From: Rhynchopus sp. YZ270_cl-10
Taxonomy: Eukaryota
Assembly (NCBI GenBank): GCA_964035575.1
Contig: OZ037837.1
Coordinates: 310,001 to 374,000, forward strand
Reading direction: 5' to 3'
DNA length: 64,000 bases
The notes under the pieces were generated by a model. It did not search any database. It saw only the letters and a program-made list of their open reading frames with translations, and was not told where the DNA came from. Both the position numbers and the translations under genes were made by a program. Below, piece by piece: positions 12,989-23,669 of the stretch (its first letter is position 1; every line of letters starts with the position of its first letter).

Positions 12989-13911
12989 CACGACTATAAA
13001 AAAAAAACACAACAAAGCAGACTAGGTTCACACTACTATAAATTCAGGAGAACAGAAATGCATTTTTTTGAGGGGGTATTTTGCACACTACTTTTTTTCA
13101 TCGTAGGAGAAAGTTGTAATTGGGAGAGGATTTCGAAGAAGAAAAAAATTTAGCAATTCGCAGGAACTAAAGGGAAGAATTTTTTTCATTGTATTTTCAT
13201 CTTTGAAGCCACCCCGATGGCACGAAAGACAAATTATTTGAAAATGTATGATGGAGTTTATCCATGAGCAAACACAAAAAGAGAGAGAGAGAGAGAGCGA
13301 GGGAAAAGGAAAAGGTAGGCAAGATGCACTATAAAAAGTGGCGAAACCAATCGCGGCTTACAGTCAAAAGACCTCATTAATACCACCATATTTGTAACTA
13401 TAAATGGGAAAAAAACGAGCCGTCTTTTCTTCTAATTTTTCAGGCGTCAAAAAAAAGGATTAGTATTGAATCTGTCAATACCAGCGTCATTGTAAGTTTT
13501 TTTTTAGAAAACATTTTCTTGTACTGCTACTAGGGGACACAAGGATACTTCTTGGATACAGCTATTGTAGTTCCATTTAAAAGTGCCCTGATGGGGTGTG
13601 GTATGTAACCACACCCACAGTAATTAAAGTCTTGACTGTAGTCACGATTTTTTTTAAAAAATAAAGTCCAAAAAATTCTCAAGGGAGGAGGAGGAGGAGG
13701 AGTGATACCGATTCGTGTTGGCACCACCAAAAAAAATAGAGGAAAAAAAAAAGTTTTATGCAAGATGAACCCAAGCTTCGCTGAGCACGGGCATCTTGCA
13801 TTGTATGTTGGAATAGACAGGAAGTGGCCGGTAATACAAACTTCGAGTCAAGTTAGACACTTTCTCAGAAAGTTCAGAAAAGCAAAGAAACCTTTTTTTT
13901 TTTCGTTTATC

Positions 13912-13970
13912 TGGTGTTCCGGAGGGGGAATATATTGACATTTCCTTCGACAGGGGTTTCAGGAACACCA
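13912..13970. mobile_element. 59-bp minimal TGGTG...CACCA element, 5-bp TSD TTATC
   Basis: TIR tggtgttcc / ggaacacca; TTATC at 13907-13911 and 13971-13975. Confidence 0.8.
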
Positions 13971-14272
13971 TTATCGCACAAAACAAAAATAGTATTTAAT
14001 TACTATGCAATTATTTCACCATAATTGCTACGAGGAGGTGTTTTTTTCACGAGTAGTTAATTGCACGAGCGCAGCGAGTGCAATTAACAAAACGAGTGAA
14101 AAAAACACCTCCGAGTGCAATTTTCTGTGAAATAATTGCATGGAATTTGATATTTAATTGCCGTGAAATTATTTCCGAAAGCCAAAATCCGTTTTCGCCG
14201 GCCTGTGCTGTGGTGATGGTGGATGGATTGTGGGGGTGGGGGGTGTAAAATACCGGTAACTCAAAATACTTT

Positions 14273-15133
14273 TTTTCCAAAAATCGTTTTGGAAAATCCA
14301 TCAACACCCTGTACCCCAGGGTGACAAAGATGGTAGATGCCTTCGGGAAGAAGGAGGAGCCCAAGCAAGCCCTGCAGTTCTCGTCCGACGAAATCGACAA
14401 GTTCTTCCGGCTGGACGCGTGCAAGGACGACGCGTACTACGTCGTCCGGGCCTGCTACGCCGCCATCTCCTACAGCGGAGGCCTCCGCTCCGCGGAGGCC
14501 TATGGCCTCCTGTGGGGTGATGTGGAGCTCTCCTCCGGGGTGTACACAGTCACCGTGAAGCGCGCCAAGCAGCGGAAGGCATCACCCCTTTGCAAATTCC
14601 AGGTGATCGCGGGTCTGCATACAGAAGCTGTCAAAACCTACATGGACATGGTGCAGGAGGCGTTGGAGATGGAGGCGGACACACCGTTTTTTCAAAGGGG
14701 GGTGCAGGGATCAACCGTGTTTATCAACAGCAGAATCGGAATCCAGACAATGCGTGCGGTTGGCGTGGTGGTGGCAACCAAGCTTGGACTCCCAAATGCC
14801 ATGGGGTATACAGGACACACCTGGCGCAGGTCCTGCGCCCAAGCCTTGTACGACGCGGGCGCCGGCGGAGCAGGTAACATCGCATATGGGTTGGGAGACC
14901 CAGAAGATGTTCCTGACTTACGCGGGAGGCTCCGCCACCCAAAGAAGCAACATCCGCGACCTCCTCACACCTCAAGGACCTCCGCCACCGACACAGGGAG
15001 TGGCTTCAGTTCCACAGGCAGGGACTGGAGCCGCACACAACATCAACGTGACGATCAGGGTGCTGACACAGTAGGATGCTCCCTCCCCCCAACCCAGACC
15101 CCCCAAAAAATAAATCCAATCATCATCGCATAA
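14273..15133 (+). pseudogene. 5'-truncated inverted copy of the tyrosine recombinase gene
   Basis: Reverse complement of 15536-16396; lacks the first ~85 codons; carries the same frameshift near 14858. Confidence 0.9.
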
Positions 15134-16396
15134 AAAAAAAGAAGCTTCCTTGTATTTTGAGTTACCGGTATTTTACACCCCCCACCCCCACAATCCATCC
15201 ACCATCACCACAGCACAGGCCGGCGAAAACGGATTTTGGCTTTCGGAAATAATTTCACGGCAATTAAATATCAAATTCCATGCAATTATTTCACAGAAAA
15301 TTGCACTCGGAGGTGTTTTTTTCACTCGTTTTGTTAATTGCACTCGCTGCATCAAACATTCCATGCAATTTTCTGTGAAATAATTGCATGGAATTTGATA
15401 TTTAATTGCCGTGAAATTATTTCCGAAAGCCAAAATCCGTTTTCGCCGGCCTGTGCTGTGGTGATGGTGGATGGATTGTGGGGGTGGGGGGTGTAAAATA
15501 CCGGTAACTCAAAATACAAGGAAGCTTCTTTTTTTTTATGCGATGATGATTGGATTTATTTTTTGGGGGGTCTGGGTTGGGGGGAGGGAGCATCCTACTG
15601 TGTCAGCACCCTGATCGTCACGTTGATGTTGTGTGCGGCTCCAGTCCCTGCCTGTGGAACTGAAGCCACTCCCTGTGTCGGTGGCGGAGGTCCTTGAGGT
15701 GTGAGGAGGTCGCGGATGTTGCTTCTTTGGGTGGCGGAGCCTCCCGCGTAAGTCAGGAACATCTTCTGGGTCTCCCAACCCATATGCGATGTTACCTGCT
15801 CCGCCGGCGCCCGCGTCGTACAAGGCTTGGGCGCAGGACCTGCGCCAGGTGTGTCCTGTATACCCCATGGCATTTGGGAGTCCAAGCTTGGTTGCCACCA
15901 CCACGCCAACCGCACGCATTGTCTGGATTCCGATTCTGCTGTTGATAAACACGGTTGATCCCTGCACCCCCCTTTGAAAAAACGGTGTGTCCGCCTCCAT
16001 CTCCAACGCCTCCTGCACCATGTCCATGTAGGTTTTGACAGCTTCTGTATGCAGACCCGCGATCACCTGGAATTTGCAAAGGGGTGATGCCTTCCGCTGC
16101 TTGGCGCGCTTCACGGTGACTGTGTACACCCCGGAGGAGAGCTCCACATCACCCCACAGGAGGCCATAGGCCTCCGCGGAGCGGAGGCCTCCGCTGTAGG
16201 AGATGGCGGCGTAGCAGGCCCGGACGACGTAGTACGCGTCGTCCTTGCACGCGTCCAGCCGGAAGAACTTGTCGATTTCGTCGGACGAGAACTGCAGGGC
16301 TTGCTTGGGCTCCTCCTTCTTCCCGAAGGCATCTACCATCTTTGTCACCCTGGGGTACAGGGTGTTGATGGATTTTCCAAAACGATTTTTGGAAAA
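14273..16396. repeat. Large palindrome: arms 14273-15305 and 15364-16396 (~1033 bp), 58-bp spacer
   Basis: The ORF track shows identical peptides on opposite strands with coordinate sum 30669. A second inverted pair lies at 14071-14269 / 15152-15350. Confidence 0.95.
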
Positions 16397-16651
16397 CCCA
16401 CAAAGCATGGAGAGCTTGGTGGTGATGGAGGAGCCCTTCAACCCTTTGTCCCTGAGAGACTGCATGTAGGAGGCAAACTGTGCTTCTGTGGGAATCGTCT
16501 GTCTTGTGGTCTTGAGGTTGTGGAACGCGCACATGTTCTCCCATTCCTTCGTGTATGTCTCCGGCAGTCGTGCAGTCAGCGCCTTCTCAGCATCCTCCTC
16601 GAGCTTCTTCCCCTTCAAGGTGCACTTATTTGGCTTGGTCACGCGTGGCAT
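15595..16651 (-). mobile_element. Crypton-like stand-alone tyrosine recombinase, frameshifted near 15811
   Basis: Catalytic motifs GGLRSAEA (R), KRAKQ (K) and GHTWRRS (HxxR) in the main frame; HMGW...FLTY (W and catalytic Y) in the overlapping frame ending at 15595; helical N-terminal SAM-like region. Confidence 0.85.
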
Positions 16652-16772
16652 TTTTTTTTTTTTTTGTGGAAAATTTCTGGGAATTTGGGTTTTTTGGGTT
16701 TTTGGGTGGGTGGGTGTTCACAAAAAAAAATTTTCAAAAAAAAAAAAAAAAAAAAATGCGATTTTTTTTTTA

Positions 16773-16857
16773 GCCGGGTTTCCCACACAAAAAATAATTA
16801 CCGTGTAATTATTTCCTATAATTACACGGTAATTATTTTTTGTGTGGGAAACCCGGC
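16773..16857. mobile_element. 85-bp foldback (MITE-like hairpin) flanked by TA, upstream of the recombinase
   Basis: Perfect arms gccgggtttcccacacaaaaaataattaccgtgtaattat and its reverse complement around a ~5-nt loop. Confidence 0.75.
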
Positions 16858-18164
16858 TAAAATACCTCCACTGCAATTATTTCCAGACGTCAATTATGGC
16901 ATTCTTAAAACTCCGCTCCTAGAAGGATTTTGGCTTGAGGAAATAATTTCACGGCTATTAAAAGTACAATTTCAGTTTCTCAGTTTTGCCATTTTAACAG
17001 CAATATAAACTGGGAAAACATCCTAAGAAAAAGATAACGAAAAAAATGTGAATAATATTATGACACTCTTCTTCACATAATTCGATTGTTTTGAAAATAA
17101 CCTCATCCCTCATAAGAAAAGTTTATAAGATGAACTTAAGGGTGCTAAACTTAGCCATCTTGCTCTCAATCGTTATGAGGGGTTGAGGCAGGAGGAAAAC
17201 CAGGGGGCGTAAAAGAAAAAGAAAAGAAAAGTTTATAAGATGACCCTAAGCCTCTCGTGCTTAGTCACCTTAAAAAATGAACCGAGCCTTTTGCGGGGCT
17301 CAATGATCTGATGAAAAAAGTGTCACTTTGTCGTTCCCTCACCTCTTTGCTGTTTGATACGTTGATGCTTCCACACACTGTCTCATCTGTTGGGGTGGTG
17401 GTGTTGTGGGGCACGGTTGGGTGAACGACGGAGACACTTTCCGCTCACAAAGTAGTGTGCGTAATAAAAAAAGAAAGGTTTGTTAAGATGAGCCTAAGCC
17501 TCACTGTGCTTAGTCACCTGGAGAAGAAAAAGGGGGAAGGGATCACCTGACGATTTGTGCTAGGTGATAAAGTCGCAAAGAGAGAGAAAGAGCTCTCGAG
17601 GGAGCTGGCCTGGCGGGCAAAAAAAAAAAGTATTTTTTTTTTCTTCTTTTTTCTGTTTTATTTCGAGCTGCTTTTTTTAGTTTATTTTCTGAAAACGTGT
17701 TAGTAGACACCCGAGGATGAGCTCCACCAATTTTTTTTTTTGTGTTTTTGAAATCTTTTCGGTAAAAAAAAAAATAAAAATGAAATACCCCTCACCTCGA
17801 AAACATTTTTTACCATTCCTTTGGGAATAGAGCAATGCACGGTCCTGGAAGATCCAGGATTCGGGGGGTGCGGTTAAAGAGGAAGTTGCCCTTCCTATAG
17901 TGTATTCTAAATGTGCACAAACACAACTGGAAAAAGGGGAGGTGTCATTCACACCTTTAAAAAAATAGTCGCATGTTTAAAAATAGAGATCATAAAAACA
18001 AAACACAACAACAGATGGAAAAAGATCTCAAAAAAAAGAAACAAAACAAAAGAGTTGTCATACAAAAAAAAAAGCAAAAAGCAAATACAAGACGAGAAGA
18101 CAGATTGTCGGGGGGGATGTGAGCTGTGTGGTGTAGAGGTGTATGGTATTTTTATTTTTTCAAT

Positions 18165-18387
18165 TGGTGTTCCGGAAGGGGGGTCGATATTGACAGGTCG
18201 CTGACAGGTCGTTGTCGTAGGGTACCCATTTACTAGGGGGGGGGTTTTGCCATTTTTAAATTTCCCTTACAATTTTGGGTGGGGGGGAAAAACACACATA
18301 ATCACACACAAAAAATGCTATGGTAAATTTAAAAAGGGCACACCCCCCCCATATTGACAGCTCATTGACCGATTTCCCATAGCACCA
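18165..18387. mobile_element. Diverged TGGTG...CACCA family MITE; another copy at 45832-45996
   Basis: Starts tggtgttccggaagggggg...atattgacagg and ends ...gcacca like 11650 and 13912; no TSD recognisable. Confidence 0.55.
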
Positions 18388-18531
18388 TTTAGTATTTTGT
18401 TTTTTTTTTTGCACAATGTTATTTCCTGCTTTCTTTTCTTTTCTTACAAATCTGTTTTTTTTTTTCGTGATTTTTTTTTCAAAAAAAAAAATCGCTTCAA
18501 AACCTTCGCCCTCCTCGCAAACCCCCTCTTT

Positions 18532-21500
18532 TCATATCCTCTTCAACTCACCTCCCTTTACCTTCACTGCAGCCGGGACCACTACTTCACCTACTGTTTC
18601 TCTTCCCTCTGCACCTACTAGACCTCCACCTGTTGCCCAGGTCCTAAAATCTCTTTGCGGCTCTTCATATGGGACAAGACTTGCCGAGGAGACACGAGAA
18701 CGGGGAATACAGGAGCGAGGGGTTAACACCGAGGCACTACCAGGCCCTGCTGGACCACTCGGGCATTCTGAGGAGGTAGGTGTCAGGATGAGCACATCAA
18801 GGTCGAACGCACTGTCCTGATCATGTTGTGAGAGCCTCCTCGAGAGACGACGTGGTGCAGACAACAACGGGGTTGTCACATGATCACCTCGCTCCGACGC
18901 ACCACCAGACAGACGCCCTGCCCTTCCTAGGCTTGACGTATTGACTACCCCCACTGCCTTCGGGGACATATGGCTGAGCGAATAATTCTCACAATAAGTC
19001 ATATCCGGGGTCGGACTGTTGGTGCGGCTTGGTGGGTTGGTGTCGTGAAGGCTTGGCGTCGCTTCTTCTACTGCGACAAAGCTGATTTGCTCCTCTTCGC
19101 GTTCCCATTTCTGGTCCTGCATGCGATCGGGGAGGCCAGAGATGAGGAGGTAGAGCATCGTCACTGCGTCAATGATGCCTTTGAAGACGAGAAGCGCGAC
19201 CGCGACGGTCATCACAATGCTGGCAGTGCTTGCTAAGGCGCCTTCCGCCTCGCCCGAATAATACCCTGTGGCTGAGAGGAGCAACGCAGAGGCCTGCAAA
19301 GAGAGGACCGCGGTGTCGATGGTGTTGTCTCTGGTTCGTGCGTGGGGGCGGAGCGCGGTTTCGAGGAGGAGCATGCCCAATAGAATGGCACATCCAGCAA
19401 TGCGAACGTGTCCACATGCGGCGAGGTTGTCGGTGCGCATGCTCTGTGTGGCAGACAACGCAAAGGAGCTGCCCAGCTCCAGTACAATGTACCACACAGC
19501 CCCCGGGCGGTATGCACGCATCATCGAAGCAAACCGATGCACCCAATGACAATCCCTTCGCAGCGACAACCATTCACCAGGTCCTGCCGCAAATTTTAAG
19601 AGCCGTCCACGACCAGGATCGATAGTGTACACGGCACGCTTGGAGGCCCCGTTGAGAAGCGCGAAGAGCATGAGTGGGACCGCCCCGCACACCACGACAG
19701 TTCCACAGCCGACAAGAAAGTGTCCTGCAGACTCGGCCTCGACGAGAAGGATCATCCCTGCAAAGGATGTGCCCTGGTAGAGAACGTGGAAGGCGAAGAG
19801 CGGGAGGGAGGGGAAGCGGAGTGTCGCCTGCGGGTCCTTCACACCGCTGCAGGTGCAGGCGGAGATGGCGTGCACGGCAAGAAGGCCGACGAAGGCCAGC
19901 GCTGCACAGATGCCGAGGTTCCCAAGCACAGCCCCCGCAGCGCTGCTCCCATACAGTGTGATCTGCGTTGGGTGCAAAGGTACCGGTAGTGTGCGCGACC
20001 CCGCCAGGACACATGGTGCACCCAGCAGGGCGACCTGTGTGGCAGCACCCCCAGCACTCCCGGTCAGCACAGCAAGCGAGACTGCCGCGTATTCGGATGC
20101 AGCAAGCGTGGGCTCTGTCTTCAGTGCAGGTGCGTCGGTGGGTGATGTGGCAAGCAGCGGCGCGAGTGTCGATGGTGTTGGTGTGGGTGGTGCCGGTGTC
20201 AGTGGTGAAGGAGTCTGTGGTGTCGGCGTGGCAGGTACAGCGGTCTGTGGAGGCAGGGTCGGCGGCGATGGTGTCAGCGGTGCTGCCGTTAGTGGTGCCA
20301 AGCTAGGCAGCAGCGTAGGCGGTGCGGGTGTCGACGGTGCTGCTGTTGGCGGTGAAGGTGTTGGCGGTGCTGGGGTTTGCGGTGCTGTTGTTAGCGGCGC
20401 TGGTGTCGGTGGTGACGGTGTTGGAGGTGCAGGTGTGACCGGAGCTTCTGTAGGAGGCGACAGTGTCAGAGGTGGTAGGGTTGCCGGTGCAGGTGTAGGT
20501 GGTGACGGTGTAGGGGGTGACGGAGTTAGTGGTGCAGGTGTCGGTGGCGATGGTGTCGGAGGCGACGGTGTTGGTGGTGCAGGTGTGGGTGGCGACTGTG
20601 TTGGTGGGGAAAGTGTCGGGGGTGCAGGTGTCGGTGGTGATAGTGTCGGAGGAGCCAGTGTAGGTGGCGATGGTGTCGGAGGTGACGGTGTCGGGGGTGA
20701 CAATGTCGGTGGTGACGGTGTTGGAGGCGATGGTGTTGGTGGTGCAGGTGTTGCCGGTGCAGGTGTCGGTGGTGAAGGTGTAGGGGGTGACAATGTCGGG
20801 GGTGCTGGTGTCGGTGGTGATGGTGTCGGAGGAGCCGGTGTAGGTGGCGATGGTGTTGGTGGTGATGGTGTCGGGGGTGCCAGTGTAGGTGGTGACGGTG
20901 TCGGTGGCGACGCTGTTGCAGGCGCAGTTGTGGGTGGCGGCAACGTAGGAGGTGCGAGTGTAGGTGGTGCAGGTGTCGGGGCAGCGGTGATGGGCATGTC
21001 CTCAAAGAACACATACTTGAAGAACTGGATGCAGTCGCTCCCGTCGCAGTCACCACGGAACATACCCGCAAGAAACGAGTTGTCAGGAACATTGCACATG
21101 CCGCCAGCCTGCATGCACTGACGCACGTCCAGGATGTGCGTGCCACCGCGCACCAGCTGTGTGGCACCAAAGTTGACAGGACAGCACTGTATCTGGACGA
21201 TTTCGTTCAGCGTATCGAGCACACCGTCCCCCAGGTTCCTCCACCCCTTGATCACGTGGTCGGGTGTCGTGCACTGGATCCACTCCATGCGCTTCCCCTG
21301 AAACCCCGTCGTCGCCTTCTCCAGGAAATAGCAACCCGTCTGCACGTTCACCTGGTCGAAGATCGGTGCCGCACAGTTCAAACGGCCTATTGAAGACAGC
21401 CCCGTCGAGGCAGGGTTGCGGTACATCCCAACCACTGCTTCGTGCGCAATGCAGTTGCAGCGCTCAGGTTCATCAATTGCAAAACACAAGCTTTTGTCTC

Positions 21501-21900
21501 TGTCGACGGGTGGTCCGTTCCACTGCGCAATCATCCCGGGGTCCACGGGGTCCGCAGCAATCGAGTACACAGAATACCGGTCACCAGCACCACAGAACTT
21601 CCCGACATCTGGGGCTGCACACGCCGTCGTGCACAGAGACGTATCCGGGTCCACAGCGCTCGTGCTCCCGAACGTGAACCCACACCAGCACTCCACTGCG
21701 AGTGTGCTCGCACCTGTCATCCCAATCACTGTGTACGGTGCGCCAGGTGTCGATGGATTAATGCAGTAGGCTGTGCAGTCTGTGGGGTTGTTCCCGAGGC
21801 CCTTCAGCACCATTTCGTTCCCAGCCGTTGTGAAGCACTCTTGTGCGTGCACCTGCAACATGCAAAGACACGCCGTTGCCAGCACGACACTGGCACGCAT
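18532..21900 (-). CDS. Surface receptor-like protein: signal peptide, WSC domain, Cys-containing three-repeat domain, long Pro/Thr stalk, multi-TM domain, disordered tail
   Basis: ATG 21900 MRASVVLATACLCMLQVHA; WSC pattern CTAYC...ECWCG...CTTAC...CGAGDRYSVY; (T[P/L][A/S]PP)n stalk; many hydrophobic helices homologous to 62779-64000. Confidence 0.85.
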   Translation of the reverse strand: MRASVVLATACLCMLQVHAQECFTTAGNEMVLKGLGNNPTDCTAYCINPSTPGAPYTVIGMTGASTLAVECWCGFTFGSTSAVDPDTSLCTTACAAPDVGKFCGAGDRYSVYSIAADPVDPGMIAQWNGPPVDRDKSLCFAIDEPERCNCIAHEAVVGMYRNPASTGLSSIGRLNCAAPIFDQVNVQTGCYFLEKATTGFQGKRMEWIQCTTPDHVIKGWRNLGDGVLDTLNEIVQIQCCPVNFGATQLVRGGTHILDVRQCMQAGGMCNVPDNSFLAGMFRGDCDGSDCIQFFKYVFFEDMPITAAPTPAPPTLAPPTLPPPTTAPATASPPTPSPPTLAPPTPSPPTPSPPTPAPPTPSPPTPAPPTLSPPTPSPPTPAPATPAPPTPSPPTPSPPTLSPPTPSPPTPSPPTLAPPTLSPPTPAPPTLSPPTQSPPTPAPPTPSPPTPSPPTPAPLTPSPPTPSPPTPAPATLPPLTLSPPTEAPVTPAPPTPSPPTPAPLTTAPQTPAPPTPSPPTAAPSTPAPPTLLPSLAPLTAAPLTPSPPTLPPQTAVPATPTPQTPSPLTPAPPTPTPSTLAPLLATSPTDAPALKTEPTLAASEYAAVSLAVLTGSAGGAATQVALLGAPCVLAGSRTLPVPLHPTQITLYGSSAAGAVLGNLGICAALAFVGLLAVHAISACTCSGVKDPQATLRFPSLPLFAFHVLYQGTSFAGMILLVEAESAGHFLVGCGTVVVCGAVPLMLFALLNGASKRAVYTIDPGRGRLLKFAAGPGEWLSLRRDCHWVHRFASMMRAYRPGAVWYIVLELGSSFALSATQSMRTDNLAACGHVRIAGCAILLGMLLLETALRPHARTRDNTIDTAVLSLQASALLLSATGYYSGEAEGALASTASIVMTVAVALLVFKGIIDAVTMLYLLISGLPDRMQDQKWEREEEQISFVAVEEATPSLHDTNPPSRTNSPTPDMTYCENYSLSHMSPKAVGVVNTSSLGRAGRLSGGASERGDHVTTPLLSAPRRLSRRLSQHDQDSAFDLDVLILTPTSSECPSGPAGPGSASVLTPRSCIPRSRVSSASLVPYEEPQRDFRTWATGGGLVGAEGRETVGEVVVPAAVKVKGGELKRI

Positions 21901-22642
21901 CCTGTCTGTGACCTTTTTGCAGTACCTTAGCTGTGTTCCACTTGCTGCGTTCAATAAGAACCTACTCTCAAAAATAAATGCGGCACGAAGCAAGCACGGC
22001 AGCCACAGACGCAAAACACAAACAGCGTTGCAAGCCTACAGCAACCTCATGCCCTTTGGTGGCGTTCGCTTACTTAAGTTCGGCTACAAAAAAAACCAGT
22101 GTATGCCAAAAAAACAAACGAAAGAGCTCCTGAAAGAGCCTTTGTATAGGGGGTGAAGGAGTCCACCTGTAACGTCATGTTGTGGGGAGGGGGCAGGCAA
22201 AGGGGTGTGCGCAGGTGGGGAGGAGGGGGAGGGGCCCGGGGAGGGGGGTCGATCACAGAAGAGATCGAAGGAAGGCGTTGGGTGGTGTTGTCGGGTGTGC
22301 TGTGCCGGCAACGTGCACAGTATCGGGTGGTGCCAGAAACACAGCAGAGGGGTCAATCTGCAGCAGAAACGAGGTCGGTGCACAAAAAAGGGTTATTTTG
22401 AAAGGCAAATAGAAATTTAAATCTGTTATCAATCAGGCACAAAAAGAGGGGAGAGGTCTAAATAATAATTCCACATATTCTGTTGACGTAACAAAAGGGG
22501 GGGGGTATAAAAAAATATAGAAGTGCACGGAGCTGTCCTGCTGAATTCTGCTGAATCCCTGTTGCTTCAAAGATACATCTGATCTCCAAGGCTTACCAAG
22601 TAGTGGGAAAGGAAGGATTCTATTGTTATTTTTTTTTGATAA

Positions 22643-23669
22643 GGGTAGTGTAACTTTTTCAGCCTGTTACCGTTACCGCCCGCCGGATTTTTTGAAAACC
22701 AAAAAAAAAAAGTTATGTAGAAAGTACCTAGGGAAAAAAGTTATGAAGAGGTTCTATAGGAAAGATGTGGGTGGGGCTGTACAGGGCCCAGACCTATGGC
22801 ACCTCACGATCACTTGGTGAGTAAGCAATTTTTTCTCGAGAGAAAAGTCGTTTTCCTTCACGAGTGTTTTCTTGTACACCGTACACCGTACACCGTACAC
22901 CGTACACTGTACACTGTACACTGTACACTGTACACTGTACACTGTACACTGTACACTGTACACTGTACACTGTACACTGTACACTGTACACTGTACACTG
23001 TACACTGTACACTGTACACTGTACACTGTACACTGTACACTGTACACTGTACACTGTACACTGTACACTGTACACTGTACACTGTACACTGTACACTGTA
23101 CACTGTACACTGTACACTGTACACTGTACACTGTACACTGTACACTGTACACTGTACACTGTACACTGTACACTGTACACTGTACACTGTACACTGTACA
23201 CTGTACACTGTACACTGTACACTGTACACTGTACACTGTACACTGTACACTGTACACTGTACACTGTACACTGTACACTGTACACTGTACACTGTACACT
23301 GTACACTGTACACTGTACACTGTACACTGTACACTGTACACTGTACACTGTACACTGTACACTGTACACTGTACACTGTAGTACCTATAACTTTCTGGTA
23401 CCTAGACACCCGGTGTCCAGGAACCTAGGTACCCAGGCAACATGATAATGAGAAGACACAAAATGCTACACGTAACAGAAAACAAGCTACACGTCACGAA
23501 AATAAGGATTTTACTGTGAAGGAAACTCTGGAAAAATGTAAGAAAATCTCTTCATAACTTTTTTCCCCCTGGTAAAACTTTTTTTTCTTCATAACTTTTT
23601 TTCTCCGCCGCCCGCCGGATTTTTCGAACACCAAAATAACGGTAACAGACCGAAAAAGTTACACTACCC
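22643..23669. mobile_element. PIF/Harbinger-type non-autonomous element, TAA TSD, carrying a (TACACTG)n array
   Basis: TIR gggtagtgtaactttttc...ctgttaccgtta with its complement ending 23669; TAA at 22640-22642 and 23670-23672; empty-site paralog near 49530-49580. Confidence 0.9.
22874..23380. repeat. 7-bp tandem array (GTACACT)n, ~72 units; first four units GTACACC
   Basis: Read directly from the sequence. Confidence 0.98.

Noticed and set aside
1300..13900. Numerous short Lys/Phe-rich ORFs in intergenic DNA, here and at 44000-62700
   Set aside because: Products of A/T homopolymer runs with no recognisable domains.
15536..15810. C-terminal tail of the 371-aa recombinase ORF as annotated
   Set aside because: Out-of-frame read-through; the conserved GW...Y motif is in the overlapping frame.
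17128..17520. Three spaced 35-bp repeats as a mini-CRISPR
   Set aside because: Spacing is irregular, copies are degenerate and the same motif is dispersed elsewhere.
19853..21121. 422-aa Gly/Val-rich plus-strand ORF
   Set aside because: Antisense shadow of the Pro/Thr stalk.
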